This document shows, piece by piece, positions 1 to 12,290 of a stretch of DNA of 64,000 nucleotides. Origin of the DNA: Octopus sinensis (taxonomy: Eukaryota); contig NC_043016.1 in the NCBI RefSeq assembly GCF_006345805.1, forward strand, positions 24,366,001-24,430,000, in the 5' to 3' direction. The first letter of the stretch is position 1, and each line of letters begins with the position of its first letter. The notes beneath the pieces are model-generated. The model was not told where the DNA came from, searched no databases, and saw only the letters and a program-made list of their open reading frames with translations. The position numbers were made by a program, and so were the translations under genes.

Positions 1-1553
1 GTAAATTGTGAATTAAGATGTATAACAAAATAAAGAAACTTTCACGGGCTTTAATATGGTATACAACTTCACAGTTTGACATCAACGTATTAATTTTAAA
101 TTAAAAATAAATCTTAATTATCGAAATTTATAGCGCCATTTGATTTAAGAACATTTTGTAAAATTTCTTTTTTTTTTTGGCTTTAAACATTTATTCTGAG
201 ATCAACAAAATAACAATCAGTATTTGGTTGGTTATCTAAAATTACTCAATACAGTTTTGCACCTGCAAAACATAAAATTGTTCAGATCATTTATCACTGT
301 TCCTGAGATTTTTTCCTAATTTTGGTTAATAATGTTTAAAAAAATCATCCTTATTCTTTGGCTTACTATTTTGCACAGCTCTACCCAAACTTTCCCAAAG
401 ATATTTGATGGGATTTAGGTCAGGTGACTGTGCTGGCCACTGCATCAACCAAACTCTCTTAGACCTAATATAATTTCTGACTAGGTGCAAAGTGTGTTTC
501 GGGTGGCTGTCATGCTGGAAGGTCCAAGATTGGCCCAAATGCTTTCGGGCTTATGAAAGCATAGTCTTAACCAATACTTCTAGATAGGACTATACATAAT
601 GCTATTGATTCAGATTATAGGACCGACACCTTTTTCAGACATGCACCCCCCACACCATCACGCTTCCAGCACCATGCTTAGATGTAGGCTGGATGCATTC
701 TGGATGATATTCTTCGCCCATATGCATTCTTACATACTTCTTGCCATCAGTGCTGAACAAGTTGAACTTTGACTCGTCCGACTACAATACATTCGACCAA
801 TCTGCTGGACTCCAATACAAGTGCTCTTTTGCGAACTGTATTCGGGCACGTCGATCTTTCAAAGAAATGTATGGCTTTTTGCAAGAGACTCTTCCAAGAA
901 GTCCAAATTCTTTGAGACGGTTTTTTATGGTGGATACTCCAATAGTAAGTCCATATTTTTGTTGAATTTCTTTTTAAATGTCAACAGCGGTCATTTTCCT
1001 TTTTTTTTTTTTTTTAGGGACAGTCTGTGAATGTATCTATCCATTCTTGCTGTCGTTTTTCTTGGCTGCCCAGAAAGAGCAGTCTTTATAATCATTACTT
1101 TCTTTATAAAAATGGACAGCATTGTAGACAGCTGTTTTAGAGGGTCCAACTTCATTTGAAATAGTTTTATATGACCATTTCAGCCTACTAAGCTGAAAAA
1201 CACTCGCTCTGATTTCTGGTGTTACGTTTTGTCTCTTACCCAGCACAACTATTAAATAACTTAAAAATTGCAACAGCATGCAAATTAGCCTACCTTTATA
1301 TTAGTCAATAAGGCAAAAAAACGAAATTTTGCAAATCATTCTTAAGTGGCGATGTAAAATATGCAAAATGAAGTTTATTTTTAATCTAAAATTAATATGT
1401 TAATGTTATGCTGTAAAGTTGTATACCATATTAAAGCTCATGAAATTATCTTTATTTTGACATATATTTTAATTCACAATTTACAACTTGAATATATAAA
1501 AATGCCATATTAACACTAGTATACTAGCGTTCTTAAATTAAATGGTCCAACTG
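1..1553 (-). mobile_element. Tc1-family DNA transposon, decayed, with ~225-bp terminal inverted repeats; left end about 60 bp outside the window
   Basis: 1..~167 is the reverse complement of ~1323..1494. The right end reads CAGTTGGACC on the minus strand, next to TA at 1554-1555. Transposase fragments lie between the TIRs. Confidence 0.92.
217..1246 (-). pseudogene. Frameshifted Tc1 transposase
   Basis: N-terminal GKRQNVTPEIRASVFQL...GPSKTAVYNAV (paired-like HTH) and catalytic-region WTFQHDSHPKH...WPAQSPDLNPIKYLW, split over several frames. Confidence 0.9.
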
Positions 1554-1555
1554 TA

Positions 1556-1625
<70 letters not shown>
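1554..1625. repeat. Compound microsatellite (TG)n(TA)n(CA)n
   Basis: Direct reading; begins at the Tc1 TA target site. Confidence 0.95.
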
Positions 1626-1626
<1 letters not shown>

Positions 1627-1629
1627 ATA

Positions 1630-1785
1630 AGCTTCTTTTAAGTTTCACTACCAAATCCACTCACAACGCTTCGGTTGGGCCAGGGGTGCAGCAGAAGTCA
1701 CCAGACCAAGTGCCACGCAATGGGACTAAACCAGGAACAATGTGGCTGAGAAGCAAAATTTATCACACAGTCATACCTGCACCTA
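1630..1785 (-). mobile_element. tRNA-derived SINE family B copy (others at ~3965-4112, 24150-24297, 32410-32585, 56160-56312 and 62125-62282, all minus strand)
   Basis: Shared ...AACCACATGGTTC..GGTTCAGTCC...GTGGCAC.TTGGGCAAGTGT...GCCTTGTGAGTGGATTTGGTAG backbone. Confidence 0.8.
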
Positions 1786-2294
1786 TGTGTATATTTATTC
1801 ACTTATTTATCTTTCAGGTCAAGTACTTATTGAATTAATGAGGTGTATAACTAGTGCTGCTTGGAAAATTCCAAACTATTGAAAATAGCTCAAAATATCA
1901 AACTAACCATTAAAATAAACTATATCTTATTACCAAAACTATATTTTCTTACCAAACACCATGCAAAATGCTAAATGAAACTAAATTTTATATTACACCT
2001 GTTTCTCTTATCTGTAAATTCCAAATTTAAAATTTTCAGTATTAAATATTTTTGAATACATGAAGCAATAATCTAAATTTTTAAATGTTCTCGTATAACC
2101 AAAAAGAAAAACCTAAAAATAAAAATAATTTTAAAAAACAAACTAAACTGAAAGTTTTTCCAAATTTTATCTAAATAAGAAACATAACTTTCCTTCTGAC
2201 ATTTCATAATTTTCAAGCAATTTCTACTCATTTCAACAAAAAATACTGCTATAAAAAATAAATTAAAACAAAGATGATGGATTAGTGTACTTAC

Positions 2295-2435
2295 CGCATG
2301 AACTTCTGATTCTAATTTGTCTAAACTGGCTACCACATCTCCTTCTTCTTCTGATACACAATTAGGGTTACTGTGACCATTATTTTCAGGATTCGATACA
2401 CTGTCAGATGAAGATTTATGCAGTACTTTTCCAAA
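2295..2435 (-). CDS. PPP2R5D: Probable B56 C-arm exon: FGKVLHKSSSDSVSNPENNGHSNPNCVSEEEGDVVASLDKLESEVHA
   Basis: ttcttag acceptor, gtaagt donor, 141 nt, open and in phase 0 to 0 with the previous exon. The sequence is poorly conserved, so support comes from splice sites and frame. Confidence 0.8.
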
Positions 2436-4695
2436 CTAAGAAAATATAACAAAATTCCATTGCCCAGAATTTGTATAACATAGGTAATATTAACTTTCAA
2501 ACTGAATGTAAATATACCAAAAATTTGTAAGCTTAGTAGACAATAGAAACACATACCTACATACTCACGCATGTGTGTATATATTGTTTATTATGTTGTA
2601 TGTGTACATTTATGTTAAAATGACAATATGTCTATTTCTATGTTTAAATGTGTGCACATACAGAAACACAAAAGGACATGCACACATACACAGAATAGAC
2701 AAATATGCATACACATATACAGACAAAGAGACACAAACTAGTATGGAGATGTATATACACATGTACATAGAAATTTAGATATAGATGTGTGCAGGTATAA
2801 TATACAGAGGAACAATTTTAGACCTATACACTGCTTCATTATCCTTGTGCAACCAATGCCAACATAGAAAAAGCAAACAAAATTATTAGACATACATATA
2901 TGTATGCATGTATATATATATATATACACACACACACATTTTCATTTATATTCAACATAATCATTAACTTTATAAAGAACTGAATGCACATTAAATACTG
3001 ATTTCTTTTCCATTAAATATGCCTGTAACTTCAGTTACATCAAGTCTGGCTCTCAAACTAACAATATGAGTGTGCATATGTACAAGCATTTAATGCACTA
3101 GTCGATTGTGTAGTGTACATGTTAATTGACAGTGTGACTCCCAAATTATAACATATCATCACAGACACCATCATCATCACCATATCCAAAGTGGACAGAT
3201 TATCATGGTTCAGTTCAGTTCTCATCAAGACCTAGATATGGTTGAGAGACCATTCATCCATTTCCATATTGACATGATTTCCGTGGCTTGGTGGTCACTT
3301 TTTTTTAATACGAACCAGCTTACACACTATACTAAGTTTGTTTTCCTAACACTGAACTGTCCAATAGAGTGAAGAATAGAAAAAAGAGCAACAGGTGACT
3401 CATCCATTTAAAATTTCTCTCAACCAGCATCAGGAACTTCATACTCTCAAAATCAGATTTTTTACATGGTTCATATATGAATATTCAGATTAGAATAGCC
3501 TCCTGTCGTATTCCTAAAAATACAAAAACCCATTGGTAATGCTGTATTACTTATATTTCTTTACCTAATAGAACTAAAGGTTCTTGAAACACAAGAATGT
3601 CATAAGACTTGAAAAACAGTTAATGTTGAAATATATTTATAAGCCACAAAATAAATTTAATTATTGAGGAAAAGATATATTTTGCATTTAAAAAATTTCT
3701 GTAAATAGCTTCTCATTGGCGAAGGGAGACAACTCAACTTATATTTTATAACGCAATACACATAAAACTTTTCTTGCCATACCAGTCAACAACTAAATGT
3801 TAAGCTTTCAAACACCTATTACGAGTCTTTTTCTAATTTCTCAATCAAGTCAACATAAATGTTTTAATCTAACATAAGCAGTTCAAACACTAAAGAAAAT
3901 GTAATTAAAAAACACACCCATCAAATTAATAAACACTACTTCATTACATATGGGCTTCTTCCAGTTCCTATACGCCAAATCCATTCACAAGTCTTTGTTT
4001 AGCCTGGAACAGACTTACCCAAGATGCCATACAGCAAAACTGAACCTGACACCACATGGTTAGGAAGCAAACATCGTAACCACACAGACAGGCCTGAGCA
4101 ATACATATATGTGTGTGTGTGTATGTGTGTGAGAAAATGCATGCCCTAGTGATAAGCATTAGAGCATACACTTTCCAAGCAACTTCAAAATCTGTTGGCA
4201 TTTTCCTTCTAAAAATAGTGTGAGTCTGTGTGTACCACCACCCAACACTTTGGGTGCCTTTAGCAGAATTTCCTCTACTGTAAGCATTCACACCAAGCCC
4301 CTTGACCCTCATCCCAGATAGAGATCCTTCTTTCTATTTTTGTTTTTCAATTTGGTAAGAAGGCTAATGTGTTTTACAATCTGTTTCATAATTTTGAAAC
4401 AACATCAAATCTCAAATTCTTTAATTTTATCATAACTTCAGGACATAATGTCAACATCAAATTATGTGAAGCTTTCTAAAATCAAGTATTTGGAGATGTA
4501 ATATTAAATTAGTTTCAGTAATTTATAATAATCTTTTCGTTTTTACTCATCATTTACATTTGTGTTACTAAAAAATAGCCTATCATGTTTGTGTCACTGT
4601 TATAACAACCCCACCCACATATAATATTGCTTTGTTTAGTACTGCATTTATTAAAAACGTATCTAGATCAATAAACCGGATATTATTATCCCTAC

Positions 4696-4910
4696 ATATT
4701 GAGGTGGCAGGCTGGCAGAATCATTAGCATGCCAGGCAAAATGCTTAGTGGAATTTCACCTGTGTTTACATTCTGAGTTCAAATTCTGCCACGGTCAACT
4801 TCACCTTTCAGAGGTCAATAAAGTAAGTACTAGTTGAGCACTTGTATTTGATGTAATTGGCTTACCCCTACCCTTGGAATTGCTGGCCTTGTGCCAAAAT
4901 TTGAAACCAA
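4696..4910 (+). mobile_element. SINE family A copy with 12-bp TSD
   Basis: GGCTGGCAGAATC...GAGTTCAAATTC; TATTATCCCTAC at 4684-4695 and 4911-4922. Confidence 0.82.
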
Positions 4911-5403
4911 TATTATCCCTACTTGTGCACACACACAATCATCAATTTTACAACAGCTTTTTATCAAAATGGCATGGTTTGGACAAAACTCGAGACAGTA
5001 TTCTGTGGTTAAGATGCCTTTCTTAATGCCAACCCATTCGATTAAAGTACTTTCAGATATGTTTATGGGAGGAAAACAACAACAACTACTAAAACAGTAT
5101 TAATACTAAGACAAATGGAGACAAAAAAAATACACACACAAATATATGACAAGCTTCACATTATGTACAATGATTATTATTTTACATATAAAACATATAT
5201 GTTATTTTCACATTACTATTCTAAATATACTATGTATTTTAAACAGAAATATTTCAATGCTAGCAGAATAAACAACTCTCAAATTTTGAAAATAACAAAC
5301 TTTACAAAACAAAAAAAGTCCTCCAGCAGTTCTGAGAGCTTGCCCCATTTTATGATTTCAAGCAGGTGGAATTCATCTCTGGATGAAGACATAACTATTT
5401 TAA

Positions 5404-5624
5404 CCCTTTTGATAACAACCTGGCTGAAACTGCCTCTGGCTCTGTAGTACAAATGTCTTGTTTTCAAAAGTTCTGAATTAAAATCTTCCACCAACCTTAG
5501 TCACAATTTATGTTCCTAACACTAGCTTAATGATAACCAAGTTATTTTGCTAAATTCTTTGTTATATTTAAAATTAATTAAAATAAACACAGAGCTTCTC
5601 AAAATAAATATGGTAACAAAAGGG
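5404..5624. mobile_element. piggyBac-type MITE, family 1
   Basis: TTAA|CCCTTTTGATAAC ... GTAACAAAAGGG|TTAA. Partial related copies near 30255-30430, 37515-37650 and 60540-60700. Confidence 0.8.
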
Positions 5625-5790
5625 TTAAGAAACATTACCAAATAACTTTATACCACACAAATAGCTGAAGTAAGTTCTGCATAGAATATAAAATGTCTCC
5701 TGGGTAAGTAGTCAATCCTTTGTCACTTGACTTTGATAAAACTTTCATATATAAACTATGTACACCACCTAATGAAGTTTAAAAATTTAC

Positions 5791-5863
5791 CTTAGGATTT
5801 GTCATGGCTAAATTTTGCAATGTGTTCCAAGCATCATCTCTCTGTTTATTTCGCTCTTTTTCT
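5791..5863 (-). CDS. PPP2R5D: B56 exon: (K)EKERNKQRDDAWNTLQNLAMTNPK
   Basis: ctttcag acceptor, gtaaat donor, 73 nt, phase 2 to 0; corresponds to the vertebrate ...EREEAWxKIENLAKxNP helix. Confidence 0.93.
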
Positions 5864-7670
5864 CTGAAAGTTAAACACATCATTTTCAATGAAAAGGAAG
5901 ATTCAAAATTAAGAGAATATTTTTGTCTTGATAACTCGAGATAACTTGGAATTATTATTTTTAAGTTATTAGAGCAGAATTTATTTCACAGACATACAGT
6001 TCGCAAAACTGAAAATATATCTATAATTCTTTTACAAACAGACAAAGCTTATATTTTCCCCTATGTTAGTTAATTCAGAAATTCTTAATTGCCTCCCCTG
6101 TTTCATTGAACAATGCTAGTTTTTATTATTACATTTTATTTTTCCTACAATGAAGAAAATTTCAGTTAATTGGAAAACTCGATTGCATCACTTAAATACA
6201 TATCTCTCCAATCTTGAGGAATTATAACATTTCTCCACATATGAGATTATACAGAAGATACAACATTTGTCGCCTCTAATATGAGCATTTATGTTAGAAT
6301 ATCTGCCAGTTTTTCCATTTTTTAAAATTTGTGCAACACACTTCTTGCTTTATTGAAAATAGGTAGATAAAGTGTTTTATTGGAATTTGGAGGAAATGTG
6401 TTCTAAAAATAAACTGGTGTTTGATGAGAATTTAGCAGGTCTCTAAAATATTCTTGCCACTGATGAAGAATCTTACTTAAGTCTTTAGTGTTTTGCCATC
6501 TTTGGTTATAATGGTTACATAAACTAGCAAGAACTATAGTTGTATGCTCTTCCAAGATAACAGGCATGTTCAGTCCACCACTTATTTTTCATGCTCTTGA
6601 TTTCCTTCTGAATTATTTACTTCAGTTTTATATTTGGGCCATTAAAATTATACTTTCTAGCAATAAGTTTTGCATATTAATTGCTTAGCCAGTTCATGGT
6701 TTTGGAATCTGTGACTTACAATACTCAAAATATGGTAAACTATTTTTCTAACTCTTGAAGACATTCCTTTTAATACTAACCTCTAATGAATTAAGTTAAT
6801 TATTTGATAGAACTTTAACTTTGCAACATGTGCAAGCATGCACACACAGTATTTGTTTGTATATTCTGTGGTTGTTCAGTGACTATGTATCAGCAATTAA
6901 TAATTTTGATAAAGGAAAATGTTTTGCATGTAATTAAAAAGCATTATTCAGAAAATTCTAATTGAAGATTAAGTTATAATTATTGAGGACTTCAATAAAT
7001 GAGTTGGTGAAAATTTTGAAATATTTTAGGTAATCATGGGATGAAATAGTCAAACGGAATTGAATTTGAGTACCAAGTTCTTTGAAAATGAAAAGATTCA
7101 CAAAAAAAACTTGGAAATAGTCAGTTATTAAAATATGGCATAATATAAATATCTTTTAAGATTTAAATGATGTGAGAATTGTCCAGAATTTAAGTGGTGC
7201 AGAATTTGACAGGGATCATAATCTTGTATGAACCAAAATCAAAATACCTCAGCTATTGTAAATGCAAACTATACAATAGCTGTGTTCAAATGAAAAAGCT
7301 CTATGACATGAATGAGGTGAAAACCTGGTCAAAAAATATTAGCTAAAAGAAAGTGGTGTGTGACTAAGTGACAAAAAAAAAAAAGTGAACTGTTTAAAAA
7401 TATATCTATTTGTAACAGATATTACTGCTACTAATCCCTTGTTATTTTTAGGTGCAAACACAATTTTAAATTTGAACAAAATCTGCATTTAAGAAATATT
7501 TACAATAATATTTTTTCTGTAATAAAGGGAAACATAATCAAGACAATAAATGCTGCCTGGAAAAAAAAGTGAACTAGAATGAAAAATACAGGCTCAGAAT
7601 CCGAGACTATTCTTAAATACTGAACCTAGAACTGTACAGAACAAGCAGTAACTTCCTCACTAACCACTAT

Positions 7671-7714
7671 TGTGTGTGTGTGTGTCTGTATGTATGTATG
7701 TATGTATATATATA

Positions 7715-7758
<44 letters not shown>
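7671..7758. repeat. Compound (TG)/(TATG)/(TA)n microsatellite
   Basis: Direct reading. Confidence 0.95.
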
Positions 7759-7762
<4 letters not shown>

Positions 7763-7770
7763 TGATTACA

Positions 7771-7945
7771 GATAAGTCACCGCCATCATTTCATTGCAGA
7801 GTTCACTGCTATCAATTCATGGCAGGAGAGTTCACTGCGATGAAAGTTTTTTTTTTTTATTTTATTCTTTTACTGTGAACTTATCTCAGTAAACTTTCCA
7901 CACAGTGAACATTCCTTATGATGAATTGGTGACAGTGAACTTACC
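7771..7945. mobile_element. Small foldback/MITE-like element with internal repeats
   Basis: GATAAGTCACCGCCATCATTTCAT at the left versus ATGAATTGGTGACAGTGAACTTACC at the right; internal GAGTTCACTGC x2 and (A)GTGAAC repeats in opposite orientation. Confidence 0.6.
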
Positions 7946-8312
7946 AGACATGATATGATGTATTCAAGCTTTTCCTGTCATGCAAAAACTACTTCCTACA
8001 GTCATCCATGATGCAAGCTAAGAATTTTTTTTTTTTTTACCTAAATCTCAATGTTCTACAAATTTCTCTTCCTCTTGTAGATAAAGTGTAACTTACTATC
8101 CAATCATTTCACTTTCTCCCACTGATCCCCCAACTTCATAAATAGAAAATCGCAATGATTCACATTTTCCTATATTATCATAGCTTTTATTTTCATTGCT
8201 AGAATATTCGTGAATACATATTCTGATTACGTTTATTTCTTTCACCATCCAAGGCACTTTGCCGTAGTTTCTCCAGATGTCATGCCAATGAACATTAATA
8301 TCATTAGCCATC

Positions 8313-8360
8313 GTGGTAGTAGTAGTAGTAGTAGTAGTAGTGATGGTGGTAGTGGTGGTA
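8313..8360. repeat. (GTA)n/(GTG)n trinucleotide microsatellite
   Basis: Direct reading. Confidence 0.9.
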
Positions 8361-9094
8361 ATGAAGTTTGCTTTAATTCCTGTTTGGATAAATAGATTCT
8401 TGAATTCTCCGCTAGATGAATCGATGTGTTCAGGGGCCTATTTAAGCAAAAACTAAATGAGCAGCCACTAAAACTATTTCCCTTTATTCCTCCTCGCCCT
8501 TATTAAAGTTAGATACGCACATGCATGTCATCATCATCATTAATATCTGTTGTCCATGCTGTCATGGGTTGGACGGTTCGACCAGAGCTGACAAGCTGGA
8601 GAGCTGCACCAGACTCCAGCCTGATTTGGCATGGTTTCTATGATTGATTTCTATGGCCCTTCGTTAATGTAAAGTGCATGTCAATGGGTTTATGCAGATG
8701 CCTACATAATACATAAAGTTTTACATTTTAGGCACCCATGTTAGTTTACATATATGTACACATGCTTTATGCCTAAGCACATGTATATGTATTGCATATA
8801 TGTATGTGAGTATCCTCAGAAGTTGACTGATACCTTATGACTGCACACCTGCCCCATCACCCCCTTAATTTTTGTTGGAGTTTGCCCCTGATGACTGTGG
8901 GGATGGAGAGAGTCTAAACATTGAGTGGCATGTGCATATTTATCTATATCTGATCTCATTGACATGTGCAAGGACCCACTGCCTCCAAGCATGTACCCAA
9001 AAAGTACCCTTCTACACAGATGTCAAACACATTTCCTTACATTCTCTCAAACTCTTCTGAAATTCACAAACTTAGAACAAACTTAGAACTTATG

Positions 9095-10555
9095 AAAGGT
9101 TGGTCTGGTGAGACTGTTGAAATTCTTGAGAGAAGAAATATGGATGTCTGTTGCATGTAGAAAACCTAAGCTAGACTGCTTGTGGAGAAGGAGTATAGAT
9201 TTAAATTATTCTGGAGAGAGAATAGTGATGGAGTGAGCCATGTAGGTATACTTTTGGTAGAGGAGCAGAAAAAGCGATTGGGGTAGTCAGGATATGTGAC
9301 GGGATTATCAAGTTAGGAATAGTCTTGTATAAAGTAACAGTAACATTTATCTCTGCATATACTCCACATGCTGGATGGACACAAGGACTGTTGCTATGAG
9401 TTTTTTCTCCAGACTACCTCAACAACAAAGGATAATAACCTTATTATCATAGCCGGCAATTTCAATGGTCATATTGGACAACACATCAATGGATTTTATG
9501 ATGTGCATGGAGGTTTTGGCTTTGGCACTAGAAATGAGGAAGAATCAAGGCTGCTAGACATCTGTGACACAAACGACTTGCTGAAATAAAACACTAACTT
9601 CAGAAAACCAACCAGCCATTTAATCACTTATCAAGTCTGATTGGCACTCAAACCAGATTGACTATATTTTCACCAGAACAGGAATAGATAGATGCTTATA
9701 AATGCAAAGTCCTTTCCCAGTGAGGAATGTACAACTCAACATAAGTTAGTGGTTAGCAACTTCAGACTTAGGGTTAGATGGACACAGAAGCACAAACCAG
9801 TTTAGGAAAGAAAGTGAAAGAAACTCCAGGATCCATCAATCAGAGGTTTGGAGACATTCTGATTAAAACATTCGATGAGAAAGAGAAAAAAGCTGCAACC
9901 ATATGATGTAGAGGACAACTGGAAGTTCTAATGAAACATCCTTCTGAAGACTGCAGGCATAAGTTGTGGCTGGGGCAAGGTTTCTGCCACTCAAAGATAG
10001 ACTTGGTGATGGAACAGTGAGGTCAACTGGGCCATACAAGTGAAGAGATAGGCTTGGAAAGATTGGAGAAATGGAATCAGTAAAAAGCTGTATCAGATAG
10101 TCAAGAGGGAAGTTAGGTAACAAATTTATCAAGCAAGGGCAGAAGCAGAAAGGAAAAGGTTTGCCAATGTCTTACAGCATGAAGATCAGAGACTTGAGAT
10201 GTTCCGGACACTAGACAGTGTGTCAGAGAGAATCGAGATGTTGTGGAAGGAAAGTGTGTACAAATGGATAATGGTATGCTTGTACTCAGTGATTCCAAAA
10301 AGAGGCATGGAAGTACTACTATGAAAGGCTATTAAATGTGAAAAATGAATAGAAATGGAATCTCACGTATGTGAATCCAACAGAGGGACCAACTATTCAT
10401 GTTGATAGCAGTATGATGGATATGGCAATTCAGGATAAGAAGACAGGGAAAGCCCCCTGGTCCATCAGACTTACCGCTGAGATGGTTAACCTACCTGGCG
10501 GTGTAGGATATGGTCTAATCACCAGTAAATTTAATCAGGTTATTCAGCAAGTATC
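9095..10555 (+). mobile_element. RTE-clade LINE fragment (APE endonuclease to pre-RT linker), degenerate
   Basis: Motifs KGWSGETVEILERRNMDVCC, IAGNFNGHIG, HGGFGFGTRNEEESRLLDICDTNDL, NQIDYIF, EECTTQHKLVV, KTGKAP; many stops and frameshifts. Confidence 0.85.
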
Positions 10556-10599
10556 AACAATAGAACTGTAATGGAAAGCTATTACAGAAGTGAACCTAC

Positions 10600-12290
10600 C
10601 AAAATAGTATACAAGAACAGGATGTATAAAACATGGACAGAAATAGACATGCTCCCTATCACAGAGCAAAGACTTCTAGACCAAAAAAATTTGTGAAAAA
10701 GATAGTGGTTATCCCAGTTGGAACTGAATATATCCACAATAGTGAAAGAGTGTGAAAGTGACTACACTGAACATGAAGAGCAAAAAGCAGAACAACAGGG
10801 ATTAGCAGAGGGACCAATGACTACCTACAAAAGAAACAGTTGCTCGGATGATGGTGAAGTCTACTTTGTGGAGGGAAAGACTGTTAGAGGAAAACAGAAA
10901 CTAACTACTTACACCTGAATGAGGCACGAAATAGCAAAAGAAAGAGGCTAGCAGCTCTGAGAAGAATTGAAAGAGGGAAAGAAGGATGAATCATTAATGA
11001 AAATCTACATCAGAAACAAACACATCCAAATACTGTGCAGCCTCTGTTGCTGTGCAACTCTTGGGGGTGAAAAATGAAAGAAAAACAAAGGACAAAGCCA
11101 CATGGTAGGAATGAAGGCTTGAGAACCAAATTGAACAGCTCAAGAAAGACCTTTCACAGTTACATACAAACAGAGAAGGAAACGGTGAGGGAAGGACACA
11201 GGAACAAACTGCAAAAGAACTACAATATAAGACACAAAGGACTGTCTCATAGCAGATAACGTATATAATTTTCTGGAAAAGGAGAATTTACTACCAGAAG
11301 AACAAAAATGATGTAGGAAGAAATCAAGAGAAACTGCTGATCTGTTATATACAGATAAAGTATTAAATGAGGCACATGTAAGGAAGAATTTAGATGTTAG
11401 ATGGATAGATTACAGGAAGGCTTACAACATCTCAAAGAGCTGGCTGTTGGAGTGTCTGAGGATGCTCGGAGTCAATGAGAAAGCAATGAGAATGTGAGAG
11501 GTAGAATTGACATATGTAAATGAATTGCTAGGCAACATGAAACTACGCAGGGGCATTTTCCAAGAAGACTCACTCTCCCCATTACTTTTTGTCATTGCGC
11601 TAATCCCCAACAAATATACTGAGAAAATCCAGTATACAAGATGAGAATAAATCACCTACTTTATGAGGACAACCTCAAGCTGTATGCAAAAAAAAAGGGA
11701 CAGACCTAGATTCTTTCATTCAAACAGTGAGAGTTTGAATTGGAATGCAATTTGGGGTAAATAAATGCACAGTACTCATTATGAAGAGAGGCCTGAAGAT
11801 AAACTTTGATGGCATAAAATTATCACAAGACAACACCATAAGATCACTGTGGAGTAACGAGGGTTACAAATATCTAGGAGTGCAAGCCAATAGGATAATG
11901 AAAGGGAAAATGAGAGAAAGTCACAAAAGAGTACAAGAGGAGAATTAAAACAGTACTCAAAACAAAATTAAATGGTGAGAACATCGTTAAAGCCATAAAT
12001 ACATGGACTGTGCACATATTGAGATACTGTGCTCCCATTCTGAAATGGGCAAAAGTAGAGCAACAAAACTTGGATAGAAGAACTAGAAAGCTGCTCACAA
12101 TGCATAATGTATTCCACCCTAAAAGCAATACCAAGAGACTCTACCTAACAAGAACAGAAGCTGGCTGAGAATAATTGAACACAGAAATACTGTGATACTG
12201 AGTCTGAAAAATTATGTTGTGCAGAGTAAAGAAAGAATACTATCGGCAGCCAGAGACACCCAAAAAGGGACTCAAAGAGTAGGAGTGAAT
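10600..12290 (+). mobile_element. R4/Dong-like (RLE-type) non-LTR retrotransposon RT fragment, degenerate
   Basis: Motifs LPEEQK, WIDYRKAY, FQEDSLSPLLFVIALIP, NHLLYEDNLKLYAK, GMQFGVNKC, YKYLGV, KLNGENIVKAINTW, LDRRTRKLLTMHNVFHPKSN. Confidence 0.82.

Noticed and set aside
1786-2294. Searched for the terminal RRKSELP exon
   Set aside because: Only a chance RRKV in AT-rich DNA; no convincing exon. The terminal exon is probably left of the window.
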